In this document: positions 40,732-54,953 of the stretch, piece after piece
Position numbering within the stretch: position 1 is the first letter of the stretch
Layout of the letters: every line of letters starts with the position of its first letter
Assembly: GCA_965216325.1 (NCBI GenBank)
Contig: OZ244160.1
Span: forward strand, 32,001 to 96,000
Source: Coraliomargarita sp.
GTDB lineage: Bacteria > Verrucomicrobiota > Verrucomicrobiia > Opitutales > Coraliomargaritaceae
Reading direction: 5' to 3'
Length of the DNA stretch: 64,000 nucleotides
The notes under the pieces: generated by a model
Told to the model about the DNA's origin: nothing
The model's input: only the letters and a program-made list of their open reading frames with translations
Databases searched by the model: none
Position numbers and translations under genes: made by a program

Positions 40732-41278
40732 TTTCCAACTCAGGGTATTGCTCGGTGATATCCATGTGCACTTCGCTGAATGGTAGCCACTGATCGTTCT
40801 CAAGCTCAGGATCCATAGAGCGGACAATATTGAGGCTAATTTGTAGTTTCTTCAGCGCAGTATCGAAACGACTCTTGGTGGTATGGAACTCGGTGATCGC
40901 GTGTTTGCGCAAGTCGCCAGTGAACCACGGCTCGATGCGAATGCACTCATAGAGTTGCTGGCACAATTCTGGGAGTTCGGAGATTGGAACATACGCTTTC
41001 GGATAATGTGATTCGCGCAGATAACGCATTTCCATCAGCACCGCATCGCCGCCTGCGACTTTGCCGTAAAAGATCTCATCGGGATAGGTTTCTGGAATGC
41101 GGGTCTTCCAATCCCAGATCGCGGACACTTTGGGATTCCATCCGCCATCGTCCGGCTTCTCTTCCGATAGGTCAGTATTCTCCCATAGCGATGGGTAGGG
41201 CGAGCCCTTGCTGCCGAAGACAGTGACCACCTTGTGTTGGAGCACAAAATCGGTCGCTTCGTCGAAAGTCTTGATCAT
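40721..41278 (-). CDS. hypothetical protein, possibly AlkZ-related winged helix
   Basis: PSLWE, WDWK, FYGK and FDTALKKLQ pattern; family assignment weak. Confidence 0.6.
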   Translation of the reverse strand: MIKTFDEATDFVLQHKVVTVFGSKGSPYPSLWENTDLSEEKPDDGGWNPKVSAIWDWKTRIPETYPDEIFYGKVAGGDAVLMEMRYLRESHYPKAYVPISELPELCQQLYECIRIEPWFTGDLRKHAITEFHTTKSRFDTALKKLQISLNIVRSMDPELENDQWLPFSEVHMDITEQYPELETNP

Positions 41279-41295
41279 CGCTGTGGCGTTTGATG

Positions 41296-43347
<2,052 letters not shown>

Positions 43348-43363
43348 TGCTTAAGCTCTGCGG

Positions 43364-43443
43364 TTTGGCAGAACAATTATTGGCAAAATAATTTCTGCTC
43401 AGCCGTTAGAGTGGAAAATTGTTCTGCCAATAATTATTCTGCC
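43364..43443. repeat. inverted tandem 15-mer element between rseP and ispG
   Basis: TTGGCAGAACAATTATTGGCAAAATAATT versus AATTGTTCTGCCAATAATTATTCTGCC. Confidence 0.75.
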
Positions 43444-43454
43444 TCTAATTCTGG

Positions 43455-44912
43455 TTATTCTGGGGCGTTTGCTGCTTGTTCGGGTTCAACCGTTTCAGCT
43501 GGTGATTCTTGGTAAACTGGATCTTTGATTAGACCTAATCGTCGTCCTAGGCGACTTACGTCGAAGAAGGTGATGTAGGCCATGAGGCCTAGCAGGATGA
43601 TCACGAAGCTAAACTGCACTTTCTCCATGAAGACGCGTGGCAGTTGTCGTCCCGAGACCTTGTTGATCGTTGCAAACAGCATGTGTCCGCCATCGAGAAC
43701 GGGGATTGGGAGTAGATTAAAGATGGCCAAGTTTACGTTAATCAGTGCCAGCATGAAGCATAGGGTAACGAAGCCGTTACGCGCTACCATCGAGAGATTA
43801 TCCACAATGCCGACGACGGCCTGCATGTTGCGGACCTTCACGTCTGAATTGCGATGAATCAACGCGATGAGTGTGCGGCGCATGGTGTCTGCCATCTTGG
43901 TCAATTGCACTGCTGGGTTTTGGTGAATGCGCTCCGTCAGGTATGGATAATCAAATGAGAAACCAAAGCGTGGGGCAGTCTCACCATTTTCAGTTTTTAT
44001 TCGCGGTGTGATTGGGATCACCTGTTCTGCGCCATCACGAATGATGGTGACTTCAATCGGACCTTTGATATGGCTCGCTAAATATGTCGTTAGGAATTGG
44101 CTGGAGATAATATCTTCACCATCCAGTTTAATGAGCTGATCCTCTGGTTTTAGTCCGGCGGCGTAGGCTGGCATGTCTTTCTCTAGGGCGATGACTACGG
44201 GGCCGCTCTTACCTTCGACTGTTGGAGGTGCCAAGCCGAGATAGCGCATCTTTTCAGAGGTGACCAACGCAGGGTAGACCTCGAGCTCCAGTTCGGCATC
44301 ATCTCTAAGGATGGTGAGGTTGACCTGAGGGCGGTCATCTGCAGCACGTCCAAGGCTAAGTGCGACAAAGCTCTGGTAGTCGTTCCAACTGCGAACCTTA
44401 TCTCCATCTACTTTTAGGATGCGATCACCGGGTTTCACGCCTGCGACAAAGGCAGGGCCTGGAATGATTTTTCCTTCTGAATTGCGGATTTCCTTAGCAA
44501 CTTGTGCGACTTCGGTGGTATTCACCACATCGCGTCCCATTCCCCAAACGATTAGGCTTAGCAGGAATGCAAAGATGAGGTTAAATACGGCGCCCATTAC
44601 GGCGACAATCATCTTGTCGGTGTAAGAGATGGGCGGTAGGCGATCCTCTTCTTTCTCGCCGCCTTCTAGGCGGCCCATGTCCGCGAGCTGCGGCAGGGAG
44701 ACGTAGCCGCCGAGCGGAAGGAGCGAAATGCGAAAGTCGGTGCCGTCCTTATGCCATCCGAATAGACGTGGGCCAAATCCGATTGAAAAGCGATCTGCGA
44801 TGAGTCCGCGCTTCTTTGCTGCTAGAAAGTGTCCGAGCTCATGGATAAAAATAGAGAATCCTAGGCAAAAGAGGCCAACTGCGATGAACCAGAAGTTGAG
44901 GAGAAAAGACAT
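43455..44912 (-). CDS. rseP: site-2 protease RseP with PDZ domains
   Basis: HELGH, FSIGFG, NLLPIPVLDGGH. Confidence 0.95.
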   Translation of the reverse strand: MSFLLNFWFIAVGLFCLGFSIFIHELGHFLAAKKRGLIADRFSIGFGPRLFGWHKDGTDFRISLLPLGGYVSLPQLADMGRLEGGEKEEDRLPPISYTDKMIVAVMGAVFNLIFAFLLSLIVWGMGRDVVNTTEVAQVAKEIRNSEGKIIPGPAFVAGVKPGDRILKVDGDKVRSWNDYQSFVALSLGRAADDRPQVNLTILRDDAELELEVYPALVTSEKMRYLGLAPPTVEGKSGPVVIALEKDMPAYAAGLKPEDQLIKLDGEDIISSQFLTTYLASHIKGPIEVTIIRDGAEQVIPITPRIKTENGETAPRFGFSFDYPYLTERIHQNPAVQLTKMADTMRRTLIALIHRNSDVKVRNMQAVVGIVDNLSMVARNGFVTLCFMLALINVNLAIFNLLPIPVLDGGHMLFATINKVSGRQLPRVFMEKVQFSFVIILLGLMAYITFFDVSRLGRRLGLIKDPVYQESPAETVEPEQAANAPE

Positions 44913-44924
44913 AATTTATAGAAG

Positions 44925-46076
44925 TCAGAAAGAGCGGGCTTGTTCCCTTGTGTGCAAATCGATCGAGAATAAATCATCCAGCGAGTTAACCGTGGTAGGA
45001 GTGATCGCACTAAGTGCACTTTCGATTACGCGTGGAATATCAAGATAGCTGATTTCGCTCTTTAGGAAACGCGCGACCGCGATTTCATTGGCTGCATTGA
45101 ATACCGCGGGTGCGCTGCCGCCAGCCTTGAGTGCATCGTATGCGAGTTTGAGGCAAGGGTAGCGGGCGAAGTCGGGCGCTCGGAAGTCCCACTGCATGGC
45201 CTGCTTGAAGTCCAGCGTGCGGTCCACGCCGCTTGCCCTGTCGGGATACAGCAGGCAATGTTGAATCGCGAAGGTCATGGAGGGAGGGCTGAATTGTCCT
45301 AGGATCGAGCCGTCGATGAACTGGACAAAGGAGTGGGCAATACTTTGCGGATGAATGACCACTTCGAGCCGCTCAGGTTCCACCCCAAATAGCCAGTGCG
45401 CTTCAATCAGCTCGAGGCCCTTATTGGCCATCGTCGCGGAATCGACCGTGATTTTGGGGCCCATCGACCAGTTTGGATGCTGGGTCGCGTCGGCTGGTGT
45501 GACCTTGGCCAGATCGCTAATCGGTGTGTCGCGGAATTGGCCTCCGGATGCAGTCAGAATCAGCTTGTCGATGTGCTTGCTCGGGCTGTCTTGAATGCAC
45601 TGAAAAATTGCGTTGTGCTCGCTGTCGGTTGGTAGGAGACGCACGCCTTTGCGCTTGGCCGCCTCGATGACGAAGGTGCCACCGAGAACGAGGAGTTCCT
45701 TATTGGCGAGGGCAATGTCTTTGCCTGCTTCGATTGCCGCAAGTGCGGGTTTAAGGCCGCAGGCACCGACGACTGCAACAAGGACGATATCGGCTTCAGG
45801 CAGGGTTGCGAGTTCACAGAGTGCATCGTCTCCACAATTGAGCTTAGTGCGGGAGGGAAAGTCACTGGCGTCCGCGTAGGCCTTGTCGTCGGCAAGCACC
45901 GCATGTGTGACCTTAAACTCTTTGCAGATGTCTGCGAGTTCTTTATGGCGAGAGTGTGCAGCGACGCCGATTAGCTCGAGTTTATCGCTGTGATCACGAA
46001 GCACGCGCAAAGTGCTGCTACCGATCGATCCGGTCGCGCCGAGGAGGACTAGCTTCTTGCGGACTGAATCAGCCAT
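44925..46076 (-). CDS. dxr: 1-deoxy-D-xylulose 5-phosphate reductoisomerase
   Basis: LGATGSIG, LANKE, PTDSEH, HPNWSMGPKITVDSATM. Confidence 0.97.
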   Translation of the reverse strand: MADSVRKKLVLLGATGSIGSSTLRVLRDHSDKLELIGVAAHSRHKELADICKEFKVTHAVLADDKAYADASDFPSRTKLNCGDDALCELATLPEADIVLVAVVGACGLKPALAAIEAGKDIALANKELLVLGGTFVIEAAKRKGVRLLPTDSEHNAIFQCIQDSPSKHIDKLILTASGGQFRDTPISDLAKVTPADATQHPNWSMGPKITVDSATMANKGLELIEAHWLFGVEPERLEVVIHPQSIAHSFVQFIDGSILGQFSPPSMTFAIQHCLLYPDRASGVDRTLDFKQAMQWDFRAPDFARYPCLKLAYDALKAGGSAPAVFNAANEIAVARFLKSEISYLDIPRVIESALSAITPTTVNSLDDLFSIDLHTREQARSF

Positions 46077-46082
46077 GCGGGT

Positions 46083-46916
46083 CTAGGCAAACAGCGTATA
46101 TTTGAACAGCAGGTAGCCGAGTGGCGCTGTCAGGATCAGGCTGTCCGAGAGGTCGAATATTCCACCGATACCGGGGATGATATTACCGGAGTCTTTGACT
46201 TCGGCCTGTCTTTTGAAGGCGGATTCGACGAGATCGGATGCAATGGATGCAATCGAGATGGGAATCGCGATCATTGCCGCGAGGAAGAGGTTGAAGCCTT
46301 CGGGTGCGTGGTTGCGGAAGAGTCCGAGTAGAATTATGCCGACCAGCATGGACACCACGATGCCCCCGATGGCGCCCTCGTAGGTTTTCTTCGGGCTGAT
46401 GACGGAGAGTGGGGTTTTGCCGACTTGCATGCCGACTAGCAGGCCGCCGACATCGGTGCATTTAGCGACTGCGATGACCCAGACGGTGAGGAAGAGGCCC
46501 GTCGATGTGGCGTAGTCATTGACCTCAGCGAGCTTTACAATTTTAAGCATGAAATGCAGCAGGAAAGGTACATAGACCAAGCCGAACAGAGTCGGCATGA
46601 AACTGCGAAGGCGGCCTGCCTGGAGGTCCATTCGAATGATGGTAATCGTCAGCACGAGGAAGCTCAGCAGGAAGAGGTCGTTACCGGCATCGAGTCCACC
46701 GATGTAATAGCTGCCTACGGTGATTGCGACACCACAGCCGAGACCGAGCCCCTTCATTGGCTTGAGCCCCATTTTTTCGAATAGCTGATAGAGTTCCAGC
46801 TGCGTGAAGAAGGCGACGGCGGCAACCAGCACGACACCTGCATGAATACCAAAGATAGTCAGCGAGACGGCTAGGGTTAACCACAGGACGGTGAAACTAA
46901 AAATGCGTTGTTTCAT
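46083..46916 (-). CDS. cdsA: phosphatidate cytidylyltransferase
   Basis: ISPKKTYEG, DLVESAFKR..VKDSG..IPG.GG..D. Confidence 0.94.
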   Translation of the reverse strand: MKQRIFSFTVLWLTLAVSLTIFGIHAGVVLVAAVAFFTQLELYQLFEKMGLKPMKGLGLGCGVAITVGSYYIGGLDAGNDLFLLSFLVLTITIIRMDLQAGRLRSFMPTLFGLVYVPFLLHFMLKIVKLAEVNDYATSTGLFLTVWVIAVAKCTDVGGLLVGMQVGKTPLSVISPKKTYEGAIGGIVVSMLVGIILLGLFRNHAPEGFNLFLAAMIAIPISIASIASDLVESAFKRQAEVKDSGNIIPGIGGIFDLSDSLILTAPLGYLLFKYTLFA

Positions 46917-46940
46917 TATACGAAGAGGGGAGCAGGTCGG

Positions 46941-47681
46941 TTAGATTTGTTTAACTTGGTCGCCGGTTTTTCCGTAGCGGCGTTCGCGTGAGGCGTAGTT
47001 TTCGAGGGCGAGCTTAAATTGTTTTTGATCGAAGTCGGGCCAGAGCACGTCGGTAATATAGATTTCAGCGTAGGCTGCCTGCAGGAGCAAGAAATTGCTT
47101 AGGCGAGATTCGCCGGAAGTGCGAATGACCAAATCGGGGTCGGGCATATTGCCCGTATATAAATAGGGGCGAAAGGCATCGTAGTCTAAGTTGTCGATAT
47201 CCAGGTTGCCGGATTGCGCGTCACTTGCTGCTGCTTTGACGGCATCGATGAGCTCGGTGCGGGAGCCATAGTTGAGCGCCAGTGCCAAGGTGTGTTCAGT
47301 AAATTCAGCGGTTTTGGCTTCAGCATCCCGCAGGCGCTCTTGGATGTGCGCCGGTAGTTCCTGATAGCGACCAACGACGCGCAAGCGAATCTTGCGCTTT
47401 AACAGTTCTTTGAGCTGATCGGCCAGAAAACGGTCCAGCAGCTCCATCAAACCGTCGATTTCATCCTGCGGGCGGTTCCAGTTTTCGACACTGAAGGCGT
47501 AGAGCGTGATGTAGGGAACCTTGTTTTCCTGAGCGGCTTGGAGTGTGCGCTTGACCGCTTCGGCGCCGCGGCGGTGGCCTTCAATGCGCGGGAGACCACG
47601 TTGTTTAGCCCAACGACCGTTGCCATCCATAATAATGGCGACGTGTTGAGGATGCTTGGAGGGTTCACTGCTGGCGTTCAC
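46941..47681 (-). CDS. uppS: undecaprenyl diphosphate synthase
   Basis: HVAIIMDGNGRWA, FSVENWNRP, RTSGESRLSNFL; start codon uncertain. Confidence 0.95.
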   Translation of the reverse strand: MNASSEPSKHPQHVAIIMDGNGRWAKQRGLPRIEGHRRGAEAVKRTLQAAQENKVPYITLYAFSVENWNRPQDEIDGLMELLDRFLADQLKELLKRKIRLRVVGRYQELPAHIQERLRDAEAKTAEFTEHTLALALNYGSRTELIDAVKAAASDAQSGNLDIDNLDYDAFRPYLYTGNMPDPDLVIRTSGESRLSNFLLLQAAYAEIYITDVLWPDFDQKQFKLALENYASRERRYGKTGDQVKQI

Positions 47682-47819
47682 TACGTATGTATCTATCTTA
47701 GGGAAACCGTCGATAAAAGGGGCTGTGTGCTCGGGGGCAAGGGGAGAGTGTGGCGAGTTGAAAGTTGTTTGTTGAATTTTGGATTCACATTTCACGCTTC
47801 AGTTCTCAGCTTTCGTGTC

Positions 47820-48032
47820 ATGCCGACATATGTCTATGAAACGATCCCGCAAAAGGCGGGGCAGCAGCCAGTGCAGTTCGAACTCCAGCAATCCATGAAG
47901 GATGCGCCTCTAAAGACCCATCCAGAGACGGGGGAGCCGGTGCAGCGAGTCATTTCCGGTGGCTATGGCACGATTTCCAGTGGCAAGAGTGCCAATGGAG
48001 GCAGCTGCGGTCCAAGTTGTGGCTGCTGCTAA
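47820..48032 (+). CDS. FmdB-like small protein
   Basis: MPTYVYE...FE..QSM.D.PL..HP.TGEPVQRVIS; C-terminal CGPSCGCC. Confidence 0.75.
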   Translation: MPTYVYETIPQKAGQQPVQFELQQSMKDAPLKTHPETGEPVQRVISGGYGTISSGKSANGGSCGPSCGCC

Positions 48033-48073
48033 ATCAGCCCGTATCCCGATTTCTATATCTCGCATCTCGATGT

Positions 48074-48304
48074 ATGTCTAAAATACGCCAAATCGACTAC
48101 GCCACGCCGCGCACTCTGGTTTCCTATTCGGGGAAGCGCACGGTGCGCCTGACCGGGCAGGAGACGCGTTACAAGTTTTCCGCTATCATGCTTGAAGGGG
48201 AGGAAGACGAGTTTGCGAAAATTGGTGAAGAGCGTAAAGACTGGCAAAAGTCGGCCTTTCCGCTGCCGTGGACGGACTCTCCCGATGTGGTGCAGCCAGA
48301 GTAA
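48074..48304 (+). CDS. small hypothetical protein
   Basis: 76 aa ORF from ATG 48074, followed by a hairpin. Confidence 0.45.
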   Translation: MSKIRQIDYATPRTLVSYSGKRTVRLTGQETRYKFSAIMLEGEEDEFAKIGEERKDWQKSAFPLPWTDSPDVVQPE

Positions 48305-48475
48305 GGGAGGCAGTACAGTCCTGTCCTGCTATGGTGCAGTACTCAGGTGGACAGGAGTGTCCGGCCTTCGAGGTTGCTGAAAAATCACAGTCTCTACACT
48401 TGACAGGTGTCGGATCACGTCCTTTTTTCTTCGCTTTTCTCAATTTCCGGCACCAGCCCAACTCTTTTTACTATT

Positions 48476-48745
<270 letters not shown>

Positions 48746-48782
48746 GTCATCCAGTCCAATCCGCAACTGAGCGGAGTGCGTC

Positions 48783-49846
<1,064 letters not shown>

Positions 49847-49871
49847 CCTTCAGACTCAGGTAGGAATTTTC

Positions 49872-49904
49872 AAAAAGGTCGTCCCAGTGTGGGCGGCCTT
49901 TTTT
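49872..49904 (+). terminator. intrinsic terminator
   Basis: AAAAGGTCGTCC..GGGCGGCCTTTTTT. Confidence 0.75.
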
Positions 49905-50001
49905 GTGTTAAAATCGGCAGGATTTTGCAGAAATACCTAACTCAGGAACCTTGCAGGCAAACGGTTTTCATATAACTTTGGCATCTTTTGTCTAAGTCAC
50001 T

Positions 50002-52703
50002 ATGAAAACCCTTTTTAAGCTCTTTCTGTTTTTATGCCTGTTGGTCGTGATTGCATTGCTCGCAGGCTATTTTGTGCTCACGAATCCCAGCTTCCAAAAG
50101 GGGCTGGTGGAGAAGCAACTCCCGGCGGGTAGCTCCATCGAGCACGTGCACGTTAAGCTTGGTTCCTTTGAGTTGAGTGGACTGAAGCTTCAGGCAGATG
50201 ATGGGACATTGGTCGAAATTAGCAGTGCCAGTAGTGAATTTTCACCATTGGCCGCGTGGCGTGCGCAGACGATTCAGCTCGGCGAACTCGTGGTTTCTGG
50301 GGTCAAGGTGGATTTGCCTGAACCAAGTGCGTCAGCGTCGCCATCGGGAACAGCAAGGCCGAGTCCAGCGAGTGGCGGTTCGGACATCAGTGGTAGCACG
50401 AGCACGGTTGATTCAACGCCAGCAGAACGCCAGGCATCGACTTCGACACCGGACCCGCAAAGCCCTTACGATGTGATCTACCAGCTTGGCGAATTGGATT
50501 GGTTGTTTGATATCCAGCGGATCCTAATTGACGGTGAATTAAATGACGGGCAGGGCGGTAACTATGCCTTCAAATTGGAGTGTTCGGCGATTGGCCCGAG
50601 TTTGGACTCAAGCCTGCGCGTGAATTTGGATTCAACATTCGTGGAGGTTCAAGCAAATGGCGTTAAAGCTTTCAATGGCAGCCTCGAATTGTCCTTCACC
50701 CAGAAGGTGACCGGTGGATTTGAGCGCTTTCAGATTCAAGTCGATGCGTCGGCCCAAGATGTTCGCGGTGCCAATTTGCTGAGTCTCAGCCAGGAGGCGG
50801 TGCTGGATATAAACAGTAATGAGCAGGCTGCGGGCGTAAAATTGAATTTTAACGCCAATGTGCCCGAGCCGCAGCGCTTCATCGCCGAGTTGGCGCAGGT
50901 CGGGGCGCTCACTGTGGACGGAAAGGCGAATGCAGAGTTGCTGGGGGAGAGCCTGACGTTGAGTGATACTGCTTTGAGTGTGACAGCGGGTGGTCAGCCG
51001 ATTGTGACTCTCGATTTGACGCAGGTGCTGACACTCGGGGGCACTCAGAACTTCGAAGGTGAGTTGTTGGACCTATCGCTGATAAATCTGCCGATGGCGT
51101 GGCTTAGTCCATGGATGCCTGAGGGCCTTGTAGTTTCTGCACAGCCTTTGTCGATGAATATGACGGTGAGTGGCGAGTCGGGAGGGGCGATGGTCGTCGC
51201 ATTTAAGGAGCCGATCCGGTTGGACCAGCTTTCGGTTTCTCAGGCGGGGCAGGCGATGATAGATCAAGTGAACGTGTCAGTGCACCCATTGCTGACCGTC
51301 AACTCAGACCAAAGTCTCCACTACCGATTGGATGAGTTCAGACTGGACGACCGTTACGGGACCTTCGTATCCGGAAATCTAAGTGGCTCGCTGCCGGCCG
51401 AGTTGTCAGCAGACAGCAATTTGCCGGATGGACTTCGTGCGAATGTAGATCTGGACATTAAGTTGCAGCCCCTCATGCAACAGCCTGCGCTGAAAGGGAT
51501 GACCTCAATCATGAATGGCAGTTTGCGTTTAGATGTGGACGTCGATGCGGCGGAAGCGTATCCGATACAGTTACAAACGTCGATTCAGAGCCTCCGTGCG
51601 CGGGGGATGCCGGGCACGAGCCAGAATTACCGATTTGCAGCTCAAGCAAAACAACCAAGCGCGGATACGTGGTTGTTTGGTGCGAACCTCATGGCGGGTA
51701 ATGATTCACGTCCAAGCACCGATGCGCAGCTGTCGGGAAGCGTTTCTCCTGAGAGGAAGCCGATGGCATTTGACCTTGATTTGAAGGCTGAACGCATCCG
51801 CCAGGCGGATCTTGAGCTCTTAGCGGCGGCCTTCAGTCCGAGTGGCCGGACGGCCACGACTAGCACCATTACACCCTCAACGCCTGTAGTGGCATCTAAT
51901 CAGGCTTCTGCTACTCAAGTATCTCCACAAGCGGATCAGACTGCTCCGAGTCGTCAATCAACCCCACCACCATGGGCAGATCTCGATGGTAAGGTTTCGG
52001 TTCAGCTTGAGCTAATTGAGCTGAATTCACGCCAAACGATTGAGGATTTGACGGCTAAGCTGCGTGTCTCGGAGCCTCTTCTTGATGTAAGTGAGCTCTC
52101 TGCTGTATTTGGTGAGGGCACCTTTGCTGGGGCGGCACGGGTCGATTATACTGCAAATTCGCTCGAGGCCTATACCTTGAAAGCAGATTTAAATGTGAAG
52201 CAATTGGACCCGGCGATCTCTGCGGATCCTCGTTCGGGGGCATTCCCAATTCGTGGTCGCTTTGATGCGGATGTGCGCGTCCAGGGAACGGGGGCAACGC
52301 TTGAAGCTGCTCTGGATCAATCTGAGTCGGCGCTACTGGTCACAGGTCAGGAGGGAGTGTTGACTGCCTTTGAGTTGGATCAACGGCAATGGATCTCAAG
52401 CTGTCCCTTGGGTCGCGAGGGCCATTGGCAGAATATGTTGATGCGTTGAACTTGTTGCAGGACGAAACTGCGGAAAATGGCTTCAATTATTGGGATCGCG
52501 AGCTGCGTATACAGGGGACTCTTTCGGATCCGGACACCTCAGTGATTATGGACTTGCTCAAGGATGCTGCAGGATCCGCGCTAAGTGAGCCGGAAGATAA
52601 ATCCACCGATGCTGAGGCTGAGAGCGCTGAGTCTAGCGAAGACGAGGAGATGGATGACGCTGAGTTGATCATCCGAGGGATTAATTCTTTGTTTGGCAAT
52701 TAA
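50002..52703 (+). pseudogene. AsmA-like envelope protein split by a frameshift or deletion near 52385
   Basis: N-terminal TM anchor and long beta-rich body; frame ends in implausible sequence while an AsmA-type tail (IQGTLSDPD) is in another frame at 52389-52703. Confidence 0.65.
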
Positions 52704-52738
52704 TATCTCCAGAGAGAGGTTTGGCCGGATTGTGTTTC

Positions 52739-52908
52739 GTAGGGCTCGTACTTTCAGGTTGCCGCCACAGAAGGAACTTCGGTTCTAAGACCAACCTGTA
52801 ACTATTTCCGTTAGAAAGGTCTGTCCCGACTCGATCTGAGCTCGTCGCAGGTCAGACCTCGGCGGCATTCGCTCGGACTTTCGGAGGCATGAGGGCATGC
52901 CTCCCTAC
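52739..52908. repeat. composite REP-like element
   Basis: GTAGGG start, AGGTCTG..CAGACCT inner stem, GGAGGCATGAGGGCATGCCTCCCTAC end. Confidence 0.55.
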
Positions 52909-52982
52909 CCAAAAATAGCATTCGTTCGACCAGAAATAGTTGAAGACTGGTATAAGCTAGGCTCTCTCTTTCGCTCTGTAGT

Positions 52983-53020
52983 AAAAGAAAAGCCGACCTT
53001 GTGTAGGTCGGCTTCGTTTT
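52983..53020 (-). terminator. terminator after the DEAD-box gene
   Basis: AAGCCGACCT..AGGTCGGCTT with flanking A/T runs. Confidence 0.7.
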
Positions 53021-53050
53021 ATTGATAGAAAATGCCAGATGCGCGCACGC

Positions 53051-54637
53051 CTAGTCTGGGCGTTTGAAGCGGCGTTTGCTCTCGGAGAAGGGTTTCGCGG
53101 ACTTCTTCTTGGCTGGCTTAGAGCCGACGACTTTCTGCTTGGGCTTGAAGGGGCGTTTGCCACCAGTTGGTGCTTCAGCGTCGTCCCACTGGCGACGCTT
53201 GCCGCCGAAGTGCTTTTGTGGCTTTGGCTTGTTGAACACGCCTCCCTTGCGGAAGCCTTTCTTGCCGCCTTTACCTTTGCCCTTGCCGCGGCGAGGGCCA
53301 TTTGGGTCGAATTCTTCGCTGTCTTCGGTGATCGCTTCGGTATCGCGATTGTCTTGCTTGCGAAGTAGGTCGAAGAGGGCACTGGCGATGTCGGTTGGTG
53401 TATGGCCCACGTCGAGCAGGCGGTCGACTTGTGCGTCGTAGCGCGTATAGCTGTTGGCTTCAAGCAGGTCGCGGACTTGGTTGAAGACACGGTCTGCGCG
53501 GTAGCCTTCCACTTCTTCTTGAGAAGGAATCTTCATGCGACGCACGACTTGGCGAGTGTAGCGCTCAATCGCTTCGAGGCGATAGATGTCGCGGCCGTAA
53601 ACGAAGGTAATCGACTTGCCGGAACGCCCGGCACGACCGGTGCGGCCAATGCGGTGTACGTAGTCTTCCGGGTCGTAGGGCAGGTCGTAGTTGAAGACTA
53701 GGTCGATGTCGTCGATGTCCAGACCGCGAGCGGCCACGTCGGTCGCGACCAGTAGCTCAACCGAGCCCTCGCGGAACTTGCGAATGACTTTCTCGCGGAT
53801 GCCTTGCGAGATATCGCCGTGAATGCGGTCTGCGGTGTAGCCGCGAGCGGTGAGTGCTTCGCAGGCGTCTTCGACCATTTGCTTGGTATTGCAGAAGACG
53901 ATGCCACGTGTGGTCGGCTCCATGTCGAGTAGGCGCGACATGACCTCAATCTTGGAGCGGTTGCGCACCTCGTAGTAGGTTTGTTCGATGGAATCGACCG
54001 TGAGGGACTTGCGCTCGATGGAGATTTGCTTGGCGTCGCGGCTGAAGGCCTTGATCAAGCCTTGCACACCCTTGTTCATTGTGGCTGAGAAGAATAGCGT
54101 CTGACGCTCTTCGCTAATGCCGCCGAGAATCACTTCCATGTCCTCGCGGAAGCCCATGTCGAGCATACGGTCCGCTTCGTCGAGGATCACCATTTCAATG
54201 GCGTCGGTCTTCAGCGTGCCGCGCTCCAAGTGATCCATCACGCGGCCTGGAGTTCCGACCACGATATGGGCACCTTTGCGCAGGGCACGAATTTGACGGT
54301 CGATGGGTGTTCCACCATAAACCGGAATCGCTGAGAAGCCCTTGTAGCACGTGGATAGACGGTGCAGTTCTTCGCAGACCTGCACGGCGAGTTCGCGGGT
54401 TGGGCAGAGCACCAGCACCTGTGTTTGGGCGATGTTGACGTCGATCTTACTGAGCGCTGGCAGGCCAAAGGCGGCAGTCTTACCAGAGCCTGTTTGTGAG
54501 AGGCCGACGATATCGTGCCCCTCAAGTGCAACGGGAATCGTCTCGGCCTGGATGGGGGAAGGCGATTCGAAGCCTAGTTTCTGGATACTATCGAGTAATT
54601 CCGGGCGCAGGCCCAGATCTGAGAATGAAATGTTCAT
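53051..54637 (-). CDS. DEAD-box RNA helicase (DeaD/CshA-like) with basic C-terminal tail
   Basis: [33 protein letters not shown]; start at ATG 54637. Confidence 0.95.
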   Translation of the reverse strand: MNISFSDLGLRPELLDSIQKLGFESPSPIQAETIPVALEGHDIVGLSQTGSGKTAAFGLPALSKIDVNIAQTQVLVLCPTRELAVQVCEELHRLSTCYKGFSAIPVYGGTPIDRQIRALRKGAHIVVGTPGRVMDHLERGTLKTDAIEMVILDEADRMLDMGFREDMEVILGGISEERQTLFFSATMNKGVQGLIKAFSRDAKQISIERKSLTVDSIEQTYYEVRNRSKIEVMSRLLDMEPTTRGIVFCNTKQMVEDACEALTARGYTADRIHGDISQGIREKVIRKFREGSVELLVATDVAARGLDIDDIDLVFNYDLPYDPEDYVHRIGRTGRAGRSGKSITFVYGRDIYRLEAIERYTRQVVRRMKIPSQEEVEGYRADRVFNQVRDLLEANSYTRYDAQVDRLLDVGHTPTDIASALFDLLRKQDNRDTEAITEDSEEFDPNGPRRGKGKGKGGKKGFRKGGVFNKPKPQKHFGGKRRQWDDAEAPTGGKRPFKPKQKVVGSKPAKKKSAKPFSESKRRFKRPD

Positions 54638-54642
54638 ATTAT

Positions 54643-54766
54643 AAGAAGTTAGAAGTGAGGAGTCAGAAGTTAGGAGGCATTGAGCGAGTGCTAGATAATT
54701 GTGGGTGCACACGCCCAGTTTCCGGGCGTGTTTTCTAACTACCAACTTCTATCTTCTAACTTCTGA
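54643..54766. repeat. inverted heptamer arrays (AGAAGTT/AACTTCT)
   Basis: AGAAGTTAGAAGTGAGGAGTCAGAAGTTAG versus TTCTAACTACCAACTTCTATCTTCTAACTTCT; related AGAGGTC/AGAGGAC run at about 54845-54876. Confidence 0.75.
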
Positions 54767-54953
54767 TATCCGCAACTGGTTGTCGGATATCACGTAAGGG
54801 CGGAGGGCTTTGACAGCAGAACTCCCCTAATACAAGGTTAAAACAGAGATTAGAGGACAGAAGCCAGAGGTCAGAGACTGGATTTAGCTTCGAATTGGAG
54901 AATTGCACCCTTGACCTTCAGTTGCCCTTTCTCGCTAGAATGTGAGCTAATTT

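Noticed and set aside
48290..48366. Possible SRP RNA (ffs) upstream of rpsP
   Set aside because: Lacks the conserved CAGG-GNRA-AGCAG domain IV arrangement; only a simple hairpin is visible
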